DNA of 64,000 nucleotides. Source: Longimicrobiales bacterium (GTDB lineage Bacteria; Gemmatimonadota; Gemmatimonadetes; Longimicrobiales; Gaopeijiaceae). The notes under the pieces are model-generated. The model was given only the letters and a program-made list of their open reading frames with translations, did no database searches and had not been told where the DNA came from. Of this stretch, positions 58,701 through 64,000 are shown piece after piece (positions within the stretch are counted from its first letter, which is position 1; the number at the start of each line of letters is the position of its first letter). The DNA is taken from NCBI GenBank assembly GCA_041690395.1, contig JAWLHJ010000004.1, positions 128,001 through 192,000 of the forward strand. Direction: 5' to 3'. A program made the translations under genes and the position numbers.

Positions 58701-59116
58701 CGCGCGAGGTCCTCGGGCGCGGCTTCATAGCGACTGCCGCACTTCGTGAGCAGCGTCGTGGCCTCGAAGACGCCGTCCGCGTTCAGCCGCCCCTCGACCA
58801 CGACCTCGACCTCGTCGGTGAAGGTGTCGGGCAGCGCGTCGCGCCACTCGACCGGGAAGGTCACGGACTCGTCCTCCAGATCGTGGATGACGAAACGGTG
58901 CAGGAGCTCACCTTCCACCCGCTCATAGGTGCCGGGGACGACCTTGCCGCTCACCTTCACGCCCAGGTCGCGGAAGCTGGGATCTTCCTCGACGCGCTCC
59001 ACGAGCTCGACCGGGGTCAGGTAATAGACCATGGTGCTGCTCACACCGGTCCAGACCAGATACGAGATCACGGCGGCTACGCCGACGAGACCCACCATGA
59101 AACGGCCGTGCTTCAT
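58697..59116 (-). CDS. ccmE: Heme chaperone CcmE, CxxxY type
   Basis: YYLTP.E, LPDTF, VVVEG, TKCGSRY. Confidence 0.92.
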   Translation of the reverse strand: MKHGRFMVGLVGVAAVISYLVWTGVSSTMVYYLTPVELVERVEEDPSFRDLGVKVSGKVVPGTYERVEGELLHRFVIHDLEDESVTFPVEWRDALPDTFTDEVEVVVEGRLNADGVFEATTLLTKCGSRYEAAPEDLAR

Positions 59117-59270
59117 ATTCTCTTCCTCCCCGAAGGGTCGACTCCAACGTGGGTGGAATGTAGCGGCTCTTCGAGTCGCCGAACCAGTCCGGGAAATCCC
59201 CTACGGAGAGTCCCCCACCGGCCGAATCCACCGTCGTATCTGATAACCCGGAGGCCGTCCGTCGATCCCT

Positions 59271-60773
59271 TCAGGACGCGACGTCGCCGGCCCAGTGGAT
59301 CGCGGTCCTGACGGCCCGCCGCCATTGCGCGAGGGCGTGCCTGCGCCCCGCGGGGGTGAGTGTCGGCTGGAATCGGTCCGGCTCACCTTGTGCCTCGAGG
59401 AAATCCGCCGAGGTGCGCCAGACGCCCGTGGCCACGCCGGCCAACCCCGCGGCGCCCAGCGCCGTCGTCTCGGGCATGGCCGCGCGTCGCACCGGACGGT
59501 CGAGCACGCCGGCCTGGTACTCCATCATCCAGTCGTTCATGGCCGCGCCCCCGTCCACCCGGAGCTCGGGCGAGACGATCCCCGAATCGGCCTCCATCGC
59601 CTCGAGGACCTCGGCCGTGCCGTAGGTCATCGCTTCGAGCGCGGCCCGTGCCAGGTGGGCGCGCGTGGTTCCCCGCGACAGACCGACGATGGTCCCGCGA
59701 GCGTCCGGCTCCCAGTGCGGCGCCCCGAGGCCCACGAACGCCGGCACGAAGTACACGTCGCCGTTGTCCGGCACGGAGCGCGCGAGCGCCTCGGATTCCG
59801 CGGCAGAGCCCAGGATCTCCAGCCCGTCCCGCAGCCACTGGACGGCGGCGCCCGCGATGAAGACCGACCCTTCGAGGGCATACGCGGCGCCGCCCTCCGC
59901 GTCGCACGCCACCGTGGTCAGGAGCCCGTGGCGCGAGATCACCCGCTCCGTGCCCGTGTGCTGCAGCAGGAACGAGCCCGTTCCGTAGGTGTTCTTGGCC
60001 GACCCCGCGTCCCAACACCCCTGGCCGAACAGCGCCGACTGCTGATCGCCCGCGACGCCCGCCACCGGGACCTCGATGCCCAGGTGTTCGCCGAGCGCCA
60101 TGCCGAAGGTCCCGGAGCTGGGCCGGACCTCGGGGAGCATCGACGCCGGGACCTCGAGCAGATCGAGCGCCCAGGGATCCCACCTGAGCTCGCGCAGGTC
60201 GTACAGCATGGTCCGCGACGCGTTGGTCGGGTCGGTCGCGTGAACCCGGCCGCCCGTCAGGCGGGCGATCAGCCAGGCGTCGATGGTTCCGAGCGCGAGC
60301 TCACCCGCCTCCGCGCGCCGCCTGAGCTCCGGGTGCTCCCGCAGGAGCCAGGTCACCTTCGTGCCGGAGAAGTACGGATCGATGACGAGCCCGGTGCGCT
60401 CCCGGATCCGGTCCGCGTGGCCGGCCCGCTCGAGCTCCCGGCAGATTCCGGTCGTGCGCCGATCCTGCCAGACGATCGCGCGGTGCACCGGTTCGAGCGT
60501 CTCGCGGTCCCAGAGCACCACGGTCTCGCGTTGGTTGGTGATGCCGATCCCTCTTACTTCGGCCGCATCGGCCGCGGCGGCGATGGCTTCACGGGCCACG
60601 TGCCGGGTCACGGTCCATATCTCCTCGGCGTCGTGCTCCACCCATCCGGACCGGGGAAAATGCTGGGTAAACTCGGAGTAGGCCCGTCCGAGCACGTCGC
60701 CTTCCTCGCCGACGACGAGGCACGTGGTTCCGGTGGTTCCCTGGTCGATGGCGAGAACGGCTGGCGTCGGCAT
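59271..60773 (-). CDS. glpK: Glycerol kinase
   Basis: AIDQGTTGT, GITNQRET, WQDRRT, PYFSGTK, GDQQSAL, KNTYGTG, VDGGA. Confidence 0.96.
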   Translation of the reverse strand: MPTPAVLAIDQGTTGTTCLVVGEEGDVLGRAYSEFTQHFPRSGWVEHDAEEIWTVTRHVAREAIAAAADAAEVRGIGITNQRETVVLWDRETLEPVHRAIVWQDRRTTGICRELERAGHADRIRERTGLVIDPYFSGTKVTWLLREHPELRRRAEAGELALGTIDAWLIARLTGGRVHATDPTNASRTMLYDLRELRWDPWALDLLEVPASMLPEVRPSSGTFGMALGEHLGIEVPVAGVAGDQQSALFGQGCWDAGSAKNTYGTGSFLLQHTGTERVISRHGLLTTVACDAEGGAAYALEGSVFIAGAAVQWLRDGLEILGSAAESEALARSVPDNGDVYFVPAFVGLGAPHWEPDARGTIVGLSRGTTRAHLARAALEAMTYGTAEVLEAMEADSGIVSPELRVDGGAAMNDWMMEYQAGVLDRPVRRAAMPETTALGAAGLAGVATGVWRTSADFLEAQGEPDRFQPTLTPAGRRHALAQWRRAVRTAIHWAGDVAS

Positions 60774-60832
60774 GTCGGCTCCGTGTTGCGTGGGCTGGGC
60801 GCGCCGAGCGGGCCCGGCTCGGGCCGCCGATG

Positions 60833-61438
60833 TCAGCGCGTCGGGTCGATCGGGCGCAGGCCCCCGAAGTCGTAGCGCCACCCCAGCTGCTCGAAGAGCC
60901 GCAGGAGGGCGTCCACCGGAAGCCCGACGATGGAGTAGTAGTCACCCTCGACGCCCTCCACCAGGGCCGCGCCCAGGCCCTGGATCCCGTAGGCCCCGGC
61001 CTTGTCCATGGGCTCTCCGGTAGCGACGTAGCGTCGCGCGATGTCACGGTCGAAGGTTCGGAAGCGCACACTCGTCCGGGTCAGCGCGTCGACCGCGCGG
61101 TCCTCTCCGGCCACCGCGAGCCCGCTCAGCACCTGGTGTGTCTTGCCGGCGAGCGACATCAACATGGCCACCGCCTCGTCGAGGTCGGCCGGCTTACCGA
61201 GGACCTCGCCGTCGAGGACCACCACGGTATCGCCCGCGATCACGAGGGCGTCGGGCACGGACTCGAGCACGCGCGCCGCCTTCTCCCGGGCCAGGCGCCG
61301 AACGTGCTCACCCGGTTCCTCCCCGGGAAGGAGCCGCTCGTCCACATCCGCCGGACGCACCTCCGGATCGAGACCGAGCTGCCTCAGGATGTCACGCCTG
61401 CGCGGAGAAGCCGAGGCCAGCACCAGGCGGGGCGGCAT
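60833..61438 (-). CDS. maf: Maf-family nucleotide pyrophosphatase
   Basis: LASASPRR, LAREKA, GDTVV, LGKP, DKAGAYGIQG. Confidence 0.94.
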   Translation of the reverse strand: MPPRLVLASASPRRRDILRQLGLDPEVRPADVDERLLPGEEPGEHVRRLAREKAARVLESVPDALVIAGDTVVVLDGEVLGKPADLDEAVAMLMSLAGKTHQVLSGLAVAGEDRAVDALTRTSVRFRTFDRDIARRYVATGEPMDKAGAYGIQGLGAALVEGVEGDYYSIVGLPVDALLRLFEQLGWRYDFGGLRPIDPTR

Positions 61439-61875
61439 CAGCGCTCGAGCATCAGCGTGACCGGCCCGTCGTTGACGAGCTCCACGTCCATCATGGCGCC
61501 GAACACGCCCGTCTCGACCGGCACGCCCCGTTCCCGCAGTAAGTCGACGAAGCGCTCGTAGAGGGGCACCGCGAGGTCCGGGTCGGCCGCGTCCACGAAG
61601 CTCGGCCGGCGTCCCTTCCGGGTGTCGCCGTAGAGCGTGAACTGGCTCACCACGAGGAGCTCCCCGCCCACGTCCTCGAGCGAGAGGTTCATGCGGCCCT
61701 CCTCGTCCGGGAACACCCGGAGGCCGAGAACCTTGTCCGCCATCCAACGGAGAGCGTCCTCGTCGTCTCCGTCGGTGAAACCGACGAGGAGGAGGTGGCC
61801 GCGCCCGACGCGGCCGACGACCTCTCCGTCGACCCGCACTTCCGCCCGCGACACCCGCTGGAGCAGGACCCTCAC
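61438..61875 (-). CDS. dtd: D-aminoacyl-tRNA deacylase
   Basis: LQRVS.A.V, VSQFTL, GRRPSF, FGAMM, NDGPVT. Confidence 0.97.
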   Translation of the reverse strand: MRVLLQRVSRAEVRVDGEVVGRVGRGHLLLVGFTDGDDEDALRWMADKVLGLRVFPDEEGRMNLSLEDVGGELLVVSQFTLYGDTRKGRRPSFVDAADPDLAVPLYERFVDLLRERGVPVETGVFGAMMDVELVNDGPVTLMLER

Positions 61876-63710
61876 TCGACCGTGACGGACTTCGCGAGGT
61901 TGCGGGGCTGGTCGACGTCCGCGCCCTTGAGCACGGCCATGTGGTAGGCGAGGAGCTGGAGCGGCACCGTGGTGAGGACCGGCAGCAGGCTCGGGATCGT
62001 CTGGGGGACCCGGATCATGTGATCCACCTTCCCCTGGAGCTCCGGCGCGTCGTCGCTCACCACGGCGATGATCCGTCCGTGGCGCGCCTTCACCTCCTCG
62101 ATGTTCGACACGACCTTCTGGTAGACCGGATCCCGGGGGGCCAGGACCACGACCGGCATGTCCTCGTCGATGAGCGCGATGGGTCCGTGCTTCATCTCGG
62201 CGGCGGGGTACCCCTCCGCGTGGATGTAGCTGACTTCCTTGAGCTTGAGCGCGCCCTCGAGCGCCACCGGGAACTGGTAGCCGCGCCCGAGATACAGGAA
62301 GTTGCGCGCCGTCTGGTAGGCCTCGGCCAGAGCCCGGATCTCGTCGTTCAGCGCGAGCACCTCCTCGACCTGTCCGGGGAGCGCCTTCAACGCCTGCACC
62401 ATCTCACGTCCCTGGAGCACCGAGAGGTGCCGGCGGCGCCCCATGTAGAGGGTGAAGAGGGCGAGCGCGGCGATCTGGCTCGTGAACGCCTTGGTCGACG
62501 CCACGCCGATCTCGGGACCCGCGTGCAGGTAGATGCCGAAGTCGGTCTCGCGGGCGATCGTCGAGCCGACCGCGTTGACGATGCCCATCGTCGTGATTCC
62601 CCGCTGCTCGGCCTCCTTGAGCGCGGCCAGGGTGTCGGCCGTCTCGCCGGACTGGCTGATCGCCAACGCGAGCGTGCCCTCCTCCAGGACCGGGTTCCGG
62701 TAGCGGAACTCCGATGCGTACTCGACCGTCACCGGGATGCGGGCGAAGTCCTCGATCATGTACTCGCCGACGAGCCCGGCGTGCCAGCTGGTGCCGCAAG
62801 CCGTCACCACCACCCGGCGCACCTGACCGAGCTGGAACTGATGCTGGGCGATGCCGCCGAGGCGCGCGTCACCTTCGTCCTCGAGGAGCCGGCCGCGCAT
62901 GACGTCTCGCAGGCTGTTGGGCTGCTCGAAGATCTCCTTCAGCATGAAGTGCTCGTAACCACCCTTCTCGATGGCGTCGAGGTCCCAGGTCACCTCGTGC
63001 ACGTGCCGCGTGACCTCGGTCCCCTCGAGCTGGTACGTCCGGTAGCCGCCCGGCTCGAGCACCGCGTAGTCGCCGTCGTCGAGGTAGACCACGTCCCGGG
63101 TGTGGGCGACCACGGCGGCGGCGTCGGAGCCGGCGAGCATCTCCCCGTTCCGGCCCACGCCGATGAGGAGCGGGCTACCGTTACGCGCGACGACGATCTT
63201 CCCGGGATCCCGGGTGGACACCACCGCGATCCCGTAGGCTCCCTCGATCTCCCGCAGCGCGGAAGCCACGGCGTCTTCGAGCGGCATGCCGTCGAGCCAC
63301 AGATGGTCGATCAGGTGGACGACCACCTCGGTGTCCGTGTCCGAAGCGAACGTGTAGCCCTCCTGCAGCAGATGTGCCTTGAGCGCATCGGCGTTCTCGA
63401 TGATGCCGTTGTGCACCAGTGCGATCCGCCCGTCGGTCGACGTGTGGGGGTGCGCGTTCGGCTCGTTCGGCGCACCGTGGGTGGCCCAGCGGGTGTGCGC
63501 GATGCCGCAGGTTGCATGGGAAGGTGCAGATCGCAGGGCCTCCTCTAGGGCGCGGATCTTCCCCGGACGCTTGACCACGTGGACCGCCTCGCTGCCGTTG
63601 AGCAGCGCCACGCCCGCGGAGTCGTACCCCCGGTACTCGAGGCGCTTGAGCCCTTGCAGCAGGATGGGCGTCGCGTCCTTGGACCCCACGTAACCGACGA
63701 TACCGCACAT
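61872..63710 (-). CDS. glmS: Glutamine-fructose-6-phosphate transaminase
   Basis: [44 protein letters not shown]. Confidence 0.98.
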   Translation of the reverse strand: MCGIVGYVGSKDATPILLQGLKRLEYRGYDSAGVALLNGSEAVHVVKRPGKIRALEEALRSAPSHATCGIAHTRWATHGAPNEPNAHPHTSTDGRIALVHNGIIENADALKAHLLQEGYTFASDTDTEVVVHLIDHLWLDGMPLEDAVASALREIEGAYGIAVVSTRDPGKIVVARNGSPLLIGVGRNGEMLAGSDAAAVVAHTRDVVYLDDGDYAVLEPGGYRTYQLEGTEVTRHVHEVTWDLDAIEKGGYEHFMLKEIFEQPNSLRDVMRGRLLEDEGDARLGGIAQHQFQLGQVRRVVVTACGTSWHAGLVGEYMIEDFARIPVTVEYASEFRYRNPVLEEGTLALAISQSGETADTLAALKEAEQRGITTMGIVNAVGSTIARETDFGIYLHAGPEIGVASTKAFTSQIAALALFTLYMGRRRHLSVLQGREMVQALKALPGQVEEVLALNDEIRALAEAYQTARNFLYLGRGYQFPVALEGALKLKEVSYIHAEGYPAAEMKHGPIALIDEDMPVVVLAPRDPVYQKVVSNIEEVKARHGRIIAVVSDDAPELQGKVDHMIRVPQTIPSLLPVLTTVPLQLLAYHMAVLKGADVDQPRNLAKSVTVE

Positions 63711-63744
63711 ACTTGTTCTCCCTGGCTATCCGCTCGAGATTCCC

Positions 63745-64000
63745 TCAGCGCACCCCGGCCAGCAGGTCGCTGGCTCGACGCACCAACGCCCGGGCGCCGG
63801 AGGCGTCCGAGGCTTCGGCGATCAGGCGCACGACCGGCTCGGTGCCGGAAGGTCTTACGTGCAGCCAAGCGCCACGCTTAGGCCATGCAAGTCGGAGGCC
63901 ATCGGCGTCGTCCCGTTCTTCGGCCTCCATGTCCTCCTCGAGCGCGCGATACGCGTCGTCGAGCGACTCCCGCGGAAAGGAGACCTTCTCCTTCACGATC
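63745..64000 (-). CDS. glmM: C-terminal part of a phosphohexomutase (probable GlmM), truncated by window edge
   Basis: DGLRL...WLHVRPSGTEPVVRLIAEA; directly upstream of glmS. Confidence 0.8.
   Translation of the reverse strand, partial: IVKEKVSFPRESLDDAYRALEEDMEAEERDDADGLRLAWPKRGAWLHVRPSGTEPVVRLIAEASDASGARALVRRASDLLAGVR

Noticed and set aside
63711..63744. glmS ribozyme
   Set aside because: Only 34 bp separate glmM and glmS, which is too short.
1..64000. Defence systems, prophage, IS elements, CRISPR arrays
   Set aside because: None recognised; nearly all of the sequence is accounted for by housekeeping genes and short spacers.

Overview
High-GC (roughly 70% by eye) bacterial core-genome window. 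Gene order and protein content suggest Gemmatimonadota, but this is an inference. It holds about 62 CDS, one tRNA-Gln(UUG) and the SRP RNA. No transposase, integrase, phage gene or CRISPR array was seen. Content in order: TolC/MacA/two MacB-permease export cluster, bshB1, HIRAN protein, iscS-mnmA, grpE-dnaJ, cinA-pgsA-mglA, recR-ybaB-dnaX-ffs, aroF, smc, rsfS-rplI-DUF2232-rpsF/rpsR, membrane PPase, pth-rplY-prs-tRNA-ispE, pdxJ, hflX, rarA, cca, gmhA, alaS, recA, corA-tesB, a ccm operon, glpK, maf, dtd, glmS and glmM. The most notable observations are: (1) a single ORF fusing ribosomal proteins bS6 and bS18 through a poly-acidic linker, with a structured leader upstream; (2) a probable AUU start codon for hflX; (3) an SRP RNA with a CCGCA pentaloop in place of the GNRA tetraloop; (4) a tail-anchored, degenerate MinD/BY-kinase-like protein upstream of smc; (5) a System I*-type ccm operon (CxxxY CcmE, no ccmG/H) followed by two outer-membrane barrel genes; (6) mglA without an adjacent mglB. 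All calls come from motif recognition by eye; no database searches were run.
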